The notes: generated from the letters alone by a model not told the origin. Shown: positions 1 through 8,770, counted from the stretch's first letter. The stretch: 35,862 bases of DNA from a virus (IMGVR_UViG_3300020043_004284:1-35862); one strand, 5' to 3'. A program made the numbers and translations.

Positions 1-121
1 ATCGGCAGACTTTTTTAAAGTCGCTTAAATTTCCAACTGTTGTATTGAACGAAGAAACTGGAGAACTGGTACAGATATTCCCAGCGAGAAAAGAATCAAA
101 AACTGGTCTTGTAATCAGTTT
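1..121. repeat. Terminal direct repeat, copy 1 (circularisation overlap)
   Basis: 1-121 is identical to 35742-35862, and an ORF reads through the join in frame. Confidence 0.97.
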
Positions 122-177
122 TTAAAAATTTGAGATTGTAAAAAGTTGTTATGTTTTATTGTTTTGTGAAATAAAAA

Positions 178-212
178 TAAAAAAGGGAGGCTTTTGGCCT
201 CCCTCTTTTTTT
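178..212. terminator. Bidirectional intrinsic terminator between convergent origin-spanning ORF and major capsid gene
   Basis: A-run, GGGAGGC-tttt-gGCCTCCC hairpin, T-run. Confidence 0.85.
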
Positions 213-228
213 AACAATAGTTTAAAAA

Positions 229-1353
229 CTATACACCTTGTGTGAACTTAGCCAAGTAGATACCATTGACACCAGCTAATTTGTCTGGTGCTTCAAACAT
301 TGCAGTAGGAGCAGTATATACATCAAAGTACATTTCCATCCAAACAGAATAAGCATCTCCATAGTCACCGCACTCAACTGGAGCAATTCGAACATCGCAC
401 TTAACTTGTGGCAATGATGGCAAAGGCATTGTGAAACGATCAGTAACACCGATACGGCCAAAGTTGCCAGTGTATTGCAGGAACGGAGTATAAATAGCAG
501 AACCCGGGGCGATTACAAGACCATTAGATTCAGCACCCAATGGAGTAACTACATTTTGATCATAATAGAACTGAGCGATTCCAGTGTTATCACGAACTGC
601 GCTAAAGTTTATGCCATTAGCAGCTTGTCCGAAGAAACGGCTATCGTTCATCCAGATTGACTGCAATGGGCCAGCACCTCCTACAATGATTGGCGCACCC
701 ATTAGGCCAGTCTTCATATAGTCTTGCTTCATATCGAACAATCCGTTCGCATTGATGCTTCCATCAGCATTCTGCACTTGGTAAACTACTTCAGCAGTTG
801 TTCCGCCAACGATAGTACCACGACCACCAGAGATTGAAGAAATCAATTGACTATTTACGGCTTGAATCAAGGCATTGGAAGCCAAAGAGAAATCACCAAA
901 TAGTTCACGAACTACTGACAATGCACCTTGGGCAGCACCTAATTGATTGGCACGAGCAACGATTTGACCCGGATCATTAGCACCAGTCAAAACAACCAAT
1001 TCAGAATAAGCAGCGCAATAAGAACGCAATGCAGCCTCTGTCATTGAGAAGTTGATGCCTTTATATTTTGTTACCTCGAAAGAATCTTCAACGTAAGGCA
1101 TCTCTGGCCCTACTGAGCAATCAAATGAATCTTGAATATCAGTAGAAGTCAAACGATTCTTGTAAACAACTCGCACCTCTTTTTTATGACCAGTTCCATC
1201 GTCATTCGCTTGGCGGATGATTTGGCCCGGTACCATATTAGATGGATCGTGAAGAGCAGCAAGTGTACCACCGAAAACATTGATGTTCGCAGGGTTATTA
1301 ATTAAGTTATCAGATAGCGATGTAAGAATCGCTGGGCAAATATTTAAAGCCAT
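229..1353 (-). CDS. Major capsid protein (probable)
   Basis: 374 aa, directly downstream of a scaffold-like gene, last gene before a strong terminator. Size and composition fit an HK97-fold MCP; no diagnostic motif checked. Confidence 0.75.
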   Translation of the reverse strand: MALNICPAILTSLSDNLINNPANINVFGGTLAALHDPSNMVPGQIIRQANDDGTGHKKEVRVVYKNRLTSTDIQDSFDCSVGPEMPYVEDSFEVTKYKGINFSMTEAALRSYCAAYSELVVLTGANDPGQIVARANQLGAAQGALSVVRELFGDFSLASNALIQAVNSQLISSISGGRGTIVGGTTAEVVYQVQNADGSINANGLFDMKQDYMKTGLMGAPIIVGGAGPLQSIWMNDSRFFGQAANGINFSAVRDNTGIAQFYYDQNVVTPLGAESNGLVIAPGSAIYTPFLQYTGNFGRIGVTDRFTMPLPSLPQVKCDVRIAPVECGDYGDAYSVWMEMYFDVYTAPTAMFEAPDKLAGVNGIYLAKFTQGV

Positions 1354-2258
1354 TATTGAGAGAAGTTTGTAATTGACTTGGCAGCGGTCTTGCCGATGTC
1401 AGCCAATGCACCAGTTATATAACTGGGTAAGGGTGTACTGGTAGTTTGTGAACCACCGAAACTTGAGGGCGTACCAGAAAAACTTGGGTTGGAGCCACCA
1501 TTACCCGCCTCTTTCAATAATTTATTCTCCTGCAAAACTAATGCAGAAAGATCTTTATATCCAAATTCTTTACCAGAAACCACTAAAGGCAGCGTTTCAT
1601 CTTGCATATTAACAAGCCGAGCCGAGTTATTTTCGGCATCAAAAACTACTTTACCGCCAAGCGATTGCAGTTTGGCATCCAGAACAGACTTATAGGCTGG
1701 AACTCTGGCAGCCTCTGGGATAGCATCATTCCACTGAATCCCAGACAATTGGGCTTGTTCCCATAGGCCTTGCATCTTGCTTACGAATTTATGCTCGATG
1801 GATTTCTTTTCGGCCTCGGTTCTAGCTATTGTTTCATCCAATTTGGTCTGGGCTTCGGAAATCTTTTTCAGATATTCTTCAGACTGGCCCTTAGATGATG
1901 ATTTTTTAGCTTGTTCTTCCAAGTCTTTAAGATGCTTGAAGGCCAATTTTACCTTATCGCCAGAGTTTTTTGTTGATTTCAATTCATCAACCACCTCCAG
2001 AGGTAAGCCATAATCCTTTGCCATCTTGATTATCTCTTCATCATAACCCATCATATAGTTCCGGATGAAATGGTTTTTAAGGTCAAGATTAGTCTTGGCC
2101 AGTTCAGAATCAAATAGATTAGAATTGAACTTAGAAACCACCGCCTCCGGTACTTCCATTTCATTTAATACAGATGCCGAAATGAGAAGGTTAAATTCTG
2201 GATCCTCTGAAACACCAGCCTTTTTTGCTTGGGTTAATAAAAATTCTTTAAGGTTCAT
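1353..2258 (-). CDS. Capsid scaffolding protein (probable)
   Basis: 301 aa, charged coiled-coil with a low-complexity G/S/P/T C-terminal linker; 1-nt overlap with the MCP gene. Confidence 0.7.
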   Translation of the reverse strand: MNLKEFLLTQAKKAGVSEDPEFNLLISASVLNEMEVPEAVVSKFNSNLFDSELAKTNLDLKNHFIRNYMMGYDEEIIKMAKDYGLPLEVVDELKSTKNSGDKVKLAFKHLKDLEEQAKKSSSKGQSEEYLKKISEAQTKLDETIARTEAEKKSIEHKFVSKMQGLWEQAQLSGIQWNDAIPEAARVPAYKSVLDAKLQSLGGKVVFDAENNSARLVNMQDETLPLVVSGKEFGYKDLSALVLQENKLLKEAGNGGSNPSFSGTPSSFGGSQTTSTPLPSYITGALADIGKTAAKSITNFSQ

Positions 2259-2689
2259 TATTGTACTTGGTCTAATAGTGAATCTGGCATTTCAATTTCT
2301 TCAGTCTTCTTTGATTTTTTTGGCTTTTCGGCAACTTCTGCCATAGCCTTAGCAGAAAGTTCAGCTTGGATTTGCTCACGTACTGACTTCTCGATGTCGG
2401 CCCTTAATCGCTCAATTAATTGCGGATCTGATAGCGAATTGGTATCAATTTTTTGAAGAACAGTACCATCTACGGCAACACCCAGAGGGCGTATCATTTT
2501 CCAATTTCTTGAACGCTTATTATATGGCACTAATAATTCATTAAGTGCGTGCTGTGCTGGCATCAAGACAGTAAAGGGATGGTTGTAATATCCGCTTTTC
2601 ATATCTTTTTCCCATCGTACCACCTCGACCTGCGCATTTTTGCCTTTACTGGCAATTGCTTCTCGAATGTAATCTAATCCGTCATTCAT
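2258..2689 (-). CDS. Hypothetical protein, head operon
   Basis: 143 aa, coupled to the scaffold gene, first gene after a promoter. Confidence 0.7.
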   Translation of the reverse strand: MNDGLDYIREAIASKGKNAQVEVVRWEKDMKSGYYNHPFTVLMPAQHALNELLVPYNKRSRNWKMIRPLGVAVDGTVLQKIDTNSLSDPQLIERLRADIEKSVREQIQAELSAKAMAEVAEKPKKSKKTEEIEMPDSLLDQVQ

Positions 2690-2719
2690 ATTTTTTGCTA
2701 TTAAAAAAAAGTATTACTG

Positions 2720-2749
2720 CAAATGTAGTTGTAAATTTGCATTTTCAAA
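2720..2749 (-). promoter_or_regulatory. Bacteroidota-type promoter for the capsid operon
   Basis: Minus strand reads TTTG...TACATTTG upstream of 2689. Confidence 0.55.
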
Positions 2750-2753
2750 TTAG

Positions 2754-3227
2754 TTAGCAAGGCAAACAAGTAATAGTTTCCAGAGCCGTAAATGAGCAGG
2801 TGAAAAATGAGGTTTCAAACTGTCTTTCTTCAAGGCCAAAGTAATTTCTGGCGATGGTCTTGGAATCGTGAGAACTTCCATCGTAACTTATTCCAGTTGT
2901 ACGATTAAGTAGGCTCGATATGATATATTCATCTTCTGGATTGGTGGAATTAGCAGCCAGCGTAAAGGAAACCTCACGGCTCAAAATTCGATTCATCCCA
3001 CCGCCTTTTTGATCGGTTGGTTTGCTGGATTCACGAACCACAAAAAAGACCAATCTGAAATTGTCATCAACTGCGCAGAAGTTGCTGCCATTAAGTGTAA
3101 CATAGTTGCCAGCTTGGTTTGGTATTAGCGATTCTACGGCTTCGCCATAATTTAACAACTCTAAGCCATAGTTTTCAGAAGTAGATTGGCAGAACGCTTG
3201 TAATGCCGATTTAACAGTAGTTTTCAT
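2754..3227 (-). CDS. Virion protein, possible tail terminator/completion
   Basis: 157 aa, beta-rich, ATGA overlap with the neighbouring gene, ends in CLPC. Confidence 0.5.
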   Translation of the reverse strand: MKTTVKSALQAFCQSTSENYGLELLNYGEAVESLIPNQAGNYVTLNGSNFCAVDDNFRLVFFVVRESSKPTDQKGGGMNRILSREVSFTLAANSTNPEDEYIISSLLNRTTGISYDGSSHDSKTIARNYFGLEERQFETSFFTCSFTALETITCLPC

Positions 3228-3742
3228 TTATTAATGATCTTTAATATTTCAATATTAATTGTTTGCATTACTTGTTTGAACTCTTGTTCCGAAAGAATAA
3301 AGCAATCGCCAAATCTGGACTCTAAATAGCCTGCAATATCGCCTTGTTCAGATGCCGTAAATGCTACACCCAGAGAAGTATCATCAATTGGGATTACCTT
3401 CCAAGATTTCCACATATCGCCCGAAAATGTAAAATCAATGTAATTGGTTTGAAGTCCTAATTTTTGCCTCAGTTCTTTGTAGCCCTCATTTCCAGTTACT
3501 TTTTTCAATCGTTTTTTACTTCCAAATGCTTCAGCTTTTCCAAATGCAGATTGATAGTTTTTATTTGAATATTTACCAATTGGACTATCATTTGACTTTA
3601 ATCCTTTCTGCTGGATTCTGGACTGAACGGCATCTGCTGATTCAATCGCAGCCTTTCGCAATACCTTATTGACATTAGTAAGGTCTTTAAGGTTGGCTAA
3701 TTGCGCCAGCATAAACTGGTGAGTGCTTGTGAATTGAGGCAT
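3224..3742 (-). CDS. Neck/tail-completion (virion morphogenesis) protein
   Basis: 172 aa, basic; the 'YIDFTFSGDMWKS' segment resembles the L..TG.L..S motif of virion morphogenesis proteins. Confidence 0.55.
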   Translation of the reverse strand: MPQFTSTHQFMLAQLANLKDLTNVNKVLRKAAIESADAVQSRIQQKGLKSNDSPIGKYSNKNYQSAFGKAEAFGSKKRLKKVTGNEGYKELRQKLGLQTNYIDFTFSGDMWKSWKVIPIDDTSLGVAFTASEQGDIAGYLESRFGDCFILSEQEFKQVMQTINIEILKIINK

Positions 3743-3778
3743 ACTTTAAAAAATAATTTACTCTTTTTGCAGTTTTAT

Positions 3779-3836
3779 TTTGCAATTAAAATAATATGTA
3801 CTTAATTTGGGCTTTCAAAAATAAACAATTAAAACA
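3779..3836 (+). promoter_or_regulatory. Conserved promoter cassette P1
   Basis: TTTGCAATTAAAATAA, 19-nt spacer, TTAATTTG (near -7 consensus), A-rich leader. Confidence 0.65.
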
Positions 3837-4187
3837 ATGAACAACGCTTATATCAGAATCAACGGAGAAGTTAAGACTTCATCGGTCTATGTATCCCACA
3901 GAATAAACTCACTGGAAGACATCCAGAAGCTGGTATATTCAATTGGTGGAGATGTTGTGCTAGTAAAGTATGAATCGCTTGGAGAAACGCTTTATGCGCT
4001 TACTTATATGAGCTATCAAGCTGATTATAAAATTAGTCTTAACTTCACTTATCAGATTGATTCAGAAGATTATTTTAATAAATTACTGATCGGATTTAAC
4101 GGAAAAAAAGTTAGTATTTTTCGTGCTGGAACATTATTAACTTTGATTGATAATCTTTATTTAATTGCACCAGATGAAAAAGAGTAG
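3837..4187 (+). CDS. Hypothetical accessory protein
   Basis: 116 aa directly after P1. Confidence 0.75.
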   Translation: MNNAYIRINGEVKTSSVYVSHRINSLEDIQKLVYSIGGDVVLVKYESLGETLYALTYMSYQADYKISLNFTYQIDSEDYFNKLLIGFNGKKVSIFRAGTLLTLIDNLYLIAPDEKE

Positions 4188-4290
4188 AAAATACTGGGCA
4201 GATAAAATCACAATGATAGTTTCTGCCATAATAATCGCATCATTGATTTATTTGATTTTATTGAGATTTTCTCAATATTTGTTCAAATGA
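4174..4290 (+). CDS. Small single-pass membrane peptide (38 aa, not in ORF track)
   Basis: MKKSRKYWADKITMIVSAIIIASLIYLILLRFSQYLFK*; fills the gap and overlaps the next start (ATGA). Confidence 0.6.
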   Translation: MKKSRKYWADKITMIVSAIIIASLIYLILLRFSQYLFK

Positions 4291-4472
4291 AATTGTACCA
4301 GATATGCCAGCCGATTGAACCACTAATGGAGCGTGGAACTGGGAAGGTAATATCTGATGATTCTAAGGTTATTATCTTGGAATTTTTGCCCAACAACAAA
4401 GTAAAGGTCTGCCGATATGGGTACTATCTTGACACCATAACAGTAGACCTTAAGCAACTCAAATGCTCATAG
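4287..4472 (+). CDS. Hypothetical protein (small beta-barrel-like)
   Basis: 61 aa, ATGA-coupled, followed by a terminator. Confidence 0.6.
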   Translation: MKLYQICQPIEPLMERGTGKVISDDSKVIILEFLPNNKVKVCRYGYYLDTITVDLKQLKCS

Positions 4473-4502
4473 ATTTCGAATTGGTAAAATTAGGTGTTAA
4501 AA

Positions 4503-4533
4503 ATGCCCTCTGATATTCGGAGGGCTTTTTTTT
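4503..4533 (+). terminator. Intrinsic terminator (probably bidirectional)
   Basis: GCCCTCTGA-tat-TCGGAGGGC followed by a T-run, between convergent genes. Confidence 0.85.
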
Positions 4534-5569
4534 ATGGCCTACTAAAACCTTGGCTTATAATGCTGGCATCTTCACAATTGAAACACAAGCCTTCGCCTCG
4601 TAGGTTCAACTGCCTTGCCCAGATTGATAGTGAAGTTGTGTATTCTTCAAGAAACGTAGCCATTGCACGTTCTGTGAACTCTCGATTGCCTTGGCTGAAG
4701 TAGTTGGCCCTTGGACTGGCTACCTTGGCCCATAAAGTCTGATAGCATAGCAGGTTGGCCCACGCATCAGCAAGAAACTCACGCTGACCGCATATAAACG
4801 AATCCAGCGAGCAAAGCAATTCGGCATCTATATACACACCAGATTGACTTGAATCTTGTATCCAGTCGCTTCCAAGTCCGTAATTTAGCGGTGCTGTAAC
4901 TGGAAATATATTCCATCCATTGCGCCATACGTAGCTGAATCTGGTAGCGCATTCGATGTCCATTTGATTCCACCCGTAATCGACAAACGAACCAGATAAG
5001 GTATCGAGTTCGGTACAATCAACTGCGACCATCATATTGATTTTATCAAAATCCGAAAAGAAAACCTCATTGACTGGAATGTAATTCATACCGGGATTGA
5101 TCGTAAAAGTATCAGTCCAAAGAACCCGACCATCTTGGCACTGGAAAATACTGATGGCCACATCTTCAACAGAATCTACACCAGCATTGAATACATATAC
5201 TTGTTTGATTCGCATTCCAAGATATTTTGAGCCAGAAACCGACACAAACACACCTCTAAGCTGCTCGGATGCCGGAAGTGGTACTATCTGTTGCCATTGC
5301 TGTACGAATGCCTTAGAAGTCTGAAATAAGACTTGGTCTAGTCTGGCTTCGGCATATTGGAACAAAGCCTGCTGAACATCTCTTTTGATTCGTGAATAAG
5401 CAACTGCCTGCGTGCTATCCCAGAAACCGACATAACTGGCTTGTTCTGGAGTGCTGATCTTCTCCAGCAGTTCGGTTTGCATACCGGGAAAGTCATTGAT
5501 ATAAAGTCCAGAAAGTGGATTGGTGGCCGTGCAACCTCTTAATCCCACAAAGTCAGTTAAGCAGTTCAT
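4532..5569 (-). CDS. Cys-rich virion protein, possible head-tail adaptor
   Basis: 345 aa, 10 Cys; helical N- and C-terminal parts around a beta domain; upstream of neck genes. Confidence 0.5.
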   Translation of the reverse strand: MNCLTDFVGLRGCTATNPLSGLYINDFPGMQTELLEKISTPEQASYVGFWDSTQAVAYSRIKRDVQQALFQYAEARLDQVLFQTSKAFVQQWQQIVPLPASEQLRGVFVSVSGSKYLGMRIKQVYVFNAGVDSVEDVAISIFQCQDGRVLWTDTFTINPGMNYIPVNEVFFSDFDKINMMVAVDCTELDTLSGSFVDYGWNQMDIECATRFSYVWRNGWNIFPVTAPLNYGLGSDWIQDSSQSGVYIDAELLCSLDSFICGQREFLADAWANLLCYQTLWAKVASPRANYFSQGNREFTERAMATFLEEYTTSLSIWARQLNLRGEGLCFNCEDASIISQGFSRP

Positions 5570-5582
5570 AGTTATTTTTTTG

Positions 5583-5629
5583 CGAAGTTAAAAAAAAACC
5601 TCATTACACTTAAAAAACGTAATGAGGTC
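5583..5629 (-). terminator. Terminator of the lysis cassette fused to a -7 promoter-like element
   Basis: Minus strand: ACCTCATTAC...GTAATGAGGT, T-run, then TAACTTCG shortly before the ATG at 5569. Confidence 0.7.
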
Positions 5630-5654
5630 AAAATTAATTAGAAAAGAAAAATGA

Positions 5655-5855
5655 CTAATTCGGTGGCTTATCTGGTGATGGCATAATTCGGAATATCTTG
5701 TTGGTTAGTCCAACCCAGACACCCAGCACTTGCGCCAAGATAAACATTAATATCGTATCTGAGGACTGGACCTTTTCAGACCGATACAAGGCAAATACAC
5801 CAATCAGCAGGCCAGTTAGAATGACCGTTACTGAGGTGAATGCAAATACTTGCAT
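5655..5855 (-). CDS. Two-TM membrane protein, holin/antiholin-like (start uncertain; frame open to 5966)
   Basis: Two hydrophobic helices; last gene of the lysis cluster. Confidence 0.55.
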   Translation of the reverse strand: MQVFAFTSVTVILTGLLIGVFALYRSEKVQSSDTILMFILAQVLGVWVGLTNKIFRIMPSPDKPPN

Positions 5856-5872
5856 TCTTTTGGTGTAAGTGT

Positions 5873-6187
5873 TCAGAGGGCTGGAAATATTGTCTTCAAT
5901 AGACCGCCCAGAAACCGACCCCTGCGCTCTGCTCTGTCCGCTTTGGTTGCTTTCGTTTGCTGACACGAATCAAGATATAAGATTGATTTGGTTAAGATCT
6001 GCTCGTTATGCTTTAGCGTATCAGTTTTTAATGACAATTCAATCATATAACCAGTCAGCATAACATTAGATGAATCTAATTGAGCGAAATGCTTTTGGCT
6101 GCTTTGTTTGATCTCGGATATTGATAGCCAAGAAAAAATGGTTAAAGCAGATACTAGAACGAAAAATGCGATTTGTAGGTACTTCAT
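5873..6187 (-). CDS. N-terminally anchored coiled-coil protein (spanin-like lysis accessory)
   Basis: 104 aa, N-terminal TM followed by a helical region; in the lysis cluster. Confidence 0.5.
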   Translation of the reverse strand: MKYLQIAFFVLVSALTIFSWLSISEIKQSSQKHFAQLDSSNVMLTGYMIELSLKTDTLKHNEQILTKSILYLDSCQQTKATKADRAERRGRFLGGLLKTIFPAL

Positions 6188-6483
6188 TTTATGAATATTT
6201 TTTTAAGAATTATGAGAGTTTTTTCAATCCAAGTCTTGCGATGGTAAGGCCGTTTATTGGGATTTACTTCCTGCGCTTGTTCTATTGCTTTGTTGTTTTT
6301 CCATTCATAATATGCGTTTGCCAATCGCATCGTGAGTAGTATTAGCCATCCGTGATCGAATAAGAATTGTTCCCAAAATGGAAAATCTGGTGTATTCATT
6401 ACGGTTGCAAACTTTAGCCAAGCGATGGTTGCATAGGCTGGTACATCGGCAATGATTTGGGCTGCGAAATGTTTTAGTGTCAT
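6184..6483 (-). CDS. Putative holin
   Basis: 99 aa with hydrophobic segments and a basic C-terminus; coupled to the endolysin gene. Confidence 0.5.
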   Translation of the reverse strand: MTLKHFAAQIIADVPAYATIAWLKFATVMNTPDFPFWEQFLFDHGWLILLTMRLANAYYEWKNNKAIEQAQEVNPNKRPYHRKTWIEKTLIILKKIFIK

Positions 6484-6842
6484 TAATATAACCAGATAAC
6501 ATCTTTTTCTTTTGTCGGATCAGAATCGCAATGAATAAAGGTTTTATTGATTCCAATCCGATTGATACCGGCAGCCTTTAACGCTGCCACGATTAACATT
6601 CTATTCCTTGGCTCTACGCAATGAATATCTACGGCCCAGCCAGATGTATGACTTGAACCAGCAACACCTTTTACTTTCTTATTATGCGCCTCGGTTCGGA
6701 ATCCAGAGTTGATCTTGAAAGGAACTCCAGCAATGCCTCTAGCCTTATCTAAGGCAATAAGAAATGCATGCTGCATTCTATTGCCAGAGTTTGGCACGTC
6801 TGGGCTATCAAACTCGGAAATCTTAAAGTGCTGTAACAACAT
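6483..6842 (-). CDS. Endolysin, peptidase M15 family (Zn D-Ala-D-Ala peptidase fold)
   Basis: SGFR...HN, SSH..GWAVD and FIHCD motifs typical of Peptidase_M15_3. Confidence 0.92.
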   Translation of the reverse strand: MLLQHFKISEFDSPDVPNSGNRMQHAFLIALDKARGIAGVPFKINSGFRTEAHNKKVKGVAGSSHTSGWAVDIHCVEPRNRMLIVAALKAAGINRIGINKTFIHCDSDPTKEKDVIWLY

Positions 6843-6956
6843 AAATCAAAGGTAATAGGATGTATGATTTTTGTCATACTTTTTTGAATTTATTTAAATC
6901 CGATTATATTGGTTTAGAATAGGCGAAAAAATATTTCATCTTTTTTTGATTAATAT

Positions 6957-7009
6957 TTTGCAGTTAAAATAAAAGCTATTATATTTGACCCATCAAACAA
7001 TAACAACAA
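6957..7009 (+). promoter_or_regulatory. Conserved promoter cassette P2
   Basis: TTTG(6957)CAGTTAAAATAA, N19, TATATTTG(6980), then CAAACAATAACAACAA-ATG. Confidence 0.85.
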
Positions 7010-7237
7010 ATGAAAACGACATACGAAAACAAAGCAACTCTTCAATTAATCATTGACAATTTGCAATCTCAAATTGATTCACTGTATTACACTAATGATT
7101 GGGATAATATAAAATCTGAAAGAGAAGAATCATTAGTAAATATGATTTCTTTATTAGCTGATCAAAGAAACAAAATGGAATACGAGTTAAGCCTTGAAGA
7201 AGATTACGGACAAGCATACCTTAGATCTCAAATTTAA
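7010..7237 (+). CDS. Small acidic helical hypothetical protein
   Basis: 75 aa immediately after P2. Confidence 0.8.
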   Translation: MKTTYENKATLQLIIDNLQSQIDSLYYTNDWDNIKSEREESLVNMISLLADQRNKMEYELSLEEDYGQAYLRSQI

Positions 7238-7246
7238 AACTAAAAT

Positions 7247-7262
7247 GGAGGGGAAACCCTCC
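7247..7262 (+). other. GGAGGG-GAAA-CCCTCC intergenic hairpin
   Basis: Perfect 6-bp stem with a GNRA loop and a weak U-tract; follows the first gene of P2. Confidence 0.7.
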
Positions 7263-7275
7263 TTATTTCAAACTT

Positions 7276-7380
7276 ATGAATTACCAAGAAAAATTACCCA
7301 ATGAAAATTGGATGGCTGTTAAGGCATTCGCTACATTGTTTTTACTCGTTTGTCTGGCCTCATTTATCGAATCGCTATGA
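7276..7380 (+). CDS. Small membrane peptide (34 aa, not in ORF track)
   Basis: MNYQEKLPNENWMAVKAFATLFLLVCLASFIESL*; ATGA overlap with the next gene. Confidence 0.55.
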   Translation: MNYQEKLPNENWMAVKAFATLFLLVCLASFIESL

Positions 7381-7688
7381 ACTACCGACTAACTCACGGC
7401 AAAACGATTTTACAAGCCTTTGAGGACTTCCACAAAAAGAATCCAGAGGTTTATAAGCAGTTTGAAAATCAAACACTCGAAGCGATTGCAAAAGGTCGCA
7501 AGAAAATCAGCGCAAAGCTGATTATTAACTGGATCCGATGGAATATCTACCTTGACACAACGGATGAATCCTACAAGATTAACGACGCCTTTCAATCTTA
7601 TTATGCTCGCTTATTTGTTGCCTTGCATCCGGAGCATTTAGCAATATTTAACTTTCGAAAACTGAGAAATGAAGAAAATGGATTCTAA
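7377..7688 (+). CDS. Phage hypothetical protein
   Basis: 'FEDFHKKNPEVY...IRW...KIN...YARLF' pattern recalled from other phages; ATG 7377 preferred over the TTG at 7350. Confidence 0.75.
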   Translation: MNYRLTHGKTILQAFEDFHKKNPEVYKQFENQTLEAIAKGRKKISAKLIINWIRWNIYLDTTDESYKINDAFQSYYARLFVALHPEHLAIFNFRKLRNEENGF

Positions 7689-8001
7689 GCAAAATGATTT
7701 TAGTAAGTTCAGTTGCTTTGTCAAAGGAACTGTAATCACTGCGGAAGTCATACAACGCTCTGGCAAGGTTATGCGCAATGATATGAAGATGTACTTCAAT
7801 CGGATTCTTAATGACTGCCAGCAGTTCGAAAAAGCCTTGCATCGGCAATTAGGCCCAGAGAATGCCGAGAATGAAGACGAGGTGAACTCATCAATAGTTG
7901 GACTGGTCTGGGATCTGTTCGATATGGAAACAGATGAACGTGAGCAGTTCATTGAATATATTAACAACTTTGAACCAAAGAAAAATGATACTTGTAAATA
8001 A
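7669..8001 (+). CDS. Hypothetical protein (C-terminus altered by the HNH insertion)
   Basis: 110 aa; its ...NNFEPKK end is duplicated at 8573-8594. Confidence 0.7.
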   Translation: MKKMDSKQNDFSKFSCFVKGTVITAEVIQRSGKVMRNDMKMYFNRILNDCQQFEKALHRQLGPENAENEDEVNSSIVGLVWDLFDMETDEREQFIEYINNFEPKKNDTCK

Positions 8002-8594
8002 AGGAAAAAGCTATACATCTAAAACTTTTGAACAGTATGAATTTAAAGACTGGTTGATTACAATTGAGGATTTAGATGTACAAGGAGAATTTTATGCTTG
8101 TGCGGTTTTATCGAAGTATTCTCATTTGCTTAATATTGATAGTGGAGTTTGGGTAGATGAAATTTTAGAAGAAAATGATATATTTCTTGATGAAAATGAA
8201 ATAGTATATTTTTATTATTGCCCATTTGATGAACCATATATGTCAGTTTCAGATTTATTAGAATGGTTAGTTTTAGAAATTTTAGGAACCCAAAATATTA
8301 AAAAACGACCTAAAACTGTTGTTTTAAAACAGATTCAAAGAAAATCTATTACGCCAAAAACAAGCAAAAGAAAAAGTGGTTTTTTAAATCAGGCTTGGGC
8401 TGCAATGGTTAAAGAAAGGGATCAAAAATGTATGGAATGTAAAAGTATATATGATTTGCACGCTCATCATATTAAGGCTTATAAAGATAATCCAGAATTA
8501 AGATTAGACGTAAATAATGGGATTACCTTGTGTGGATCTTGCCATAGGAATTGGCATAAAATGAATGGTAGGTAATAACTTTGAACCAAAGAAA
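7962..8594 (+). mobile_element. HNH gene insertion bounded by a 22-bp direct repeat
   Basis: TAA(C/T)AACTTTGAACCAAAGAAA at 7962-7983 and 8573-8594; AT-rich interior. Confidence 0.75.
7985..8575 (+). CDS. HNH endonuclease
   Basis: RDQKCMEC...LHAHHIK...NGITLCGSCH; ATG at 7985 preferred. Confidence 0.93.
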   Translation: MILVNKGKSYTSKTFEQYEFKDWLITIEDLDVQGEFYACAVLSKYSHLLNIDSGVWVDEILEENDIFLDENEIVYFYYCPFDEPYMSVSDLLEWLVLEILGTQNIKKRPKTVVLKQIQRKSITPKTSKRKSGFLNQAWAAMVKERDQKCMECKSIYDLHAHHIKAYKDNPELRLDVNNGITLCGSCHRNWHKMNGR

Positions 8595-8770
8595 TGAAAA
8601 TGCTTAAAATCGGAGATAAAGTAAGGAAGCCTAAGGGCTACGCATTTGATGGTATTATCGTTGCGATATTCCATAACACCAGTGGAGAATTGCGAATAGT
8701 TGCAGAACTGGAAGGCAATGGAATGCTGCATATTTTTTCACCTGCACAGTTAGAACCGAGAAATGCCTAA
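8594..8770 (+). CDS. 58-aa SH3-barrel protein resembling the R67/DfrB fold (not in ORF track)
   Basis: LKIGDKVRKPKGYAFDGIIVA...MLHIFSPAQLE aligns by eye with DfrB GDRVRKKSG..WQGQIVG...VQIYP..ALE. Confidence 0.65.
   Translation: MKMLKIGDKVRKPKGYAFDGIIVAIFHNTSGELRIVAELEGNGMLHIFSPAQLEPRNA

Noticed and set aside
7898-7984. Longer N-termini given by the ORF track (HNH 7898, also 7350, 8942, 9566, 11081, 27741)
   Set aside because: They use non-ATG starts, several overlapping upstream genes; downstream ATGs with better context fit better.
8594-8770. Trimethoprim-resistance gene dfrB
   Set aside because: The active-site VQIY is not conserved; only a fold-level resemblance is supportable.
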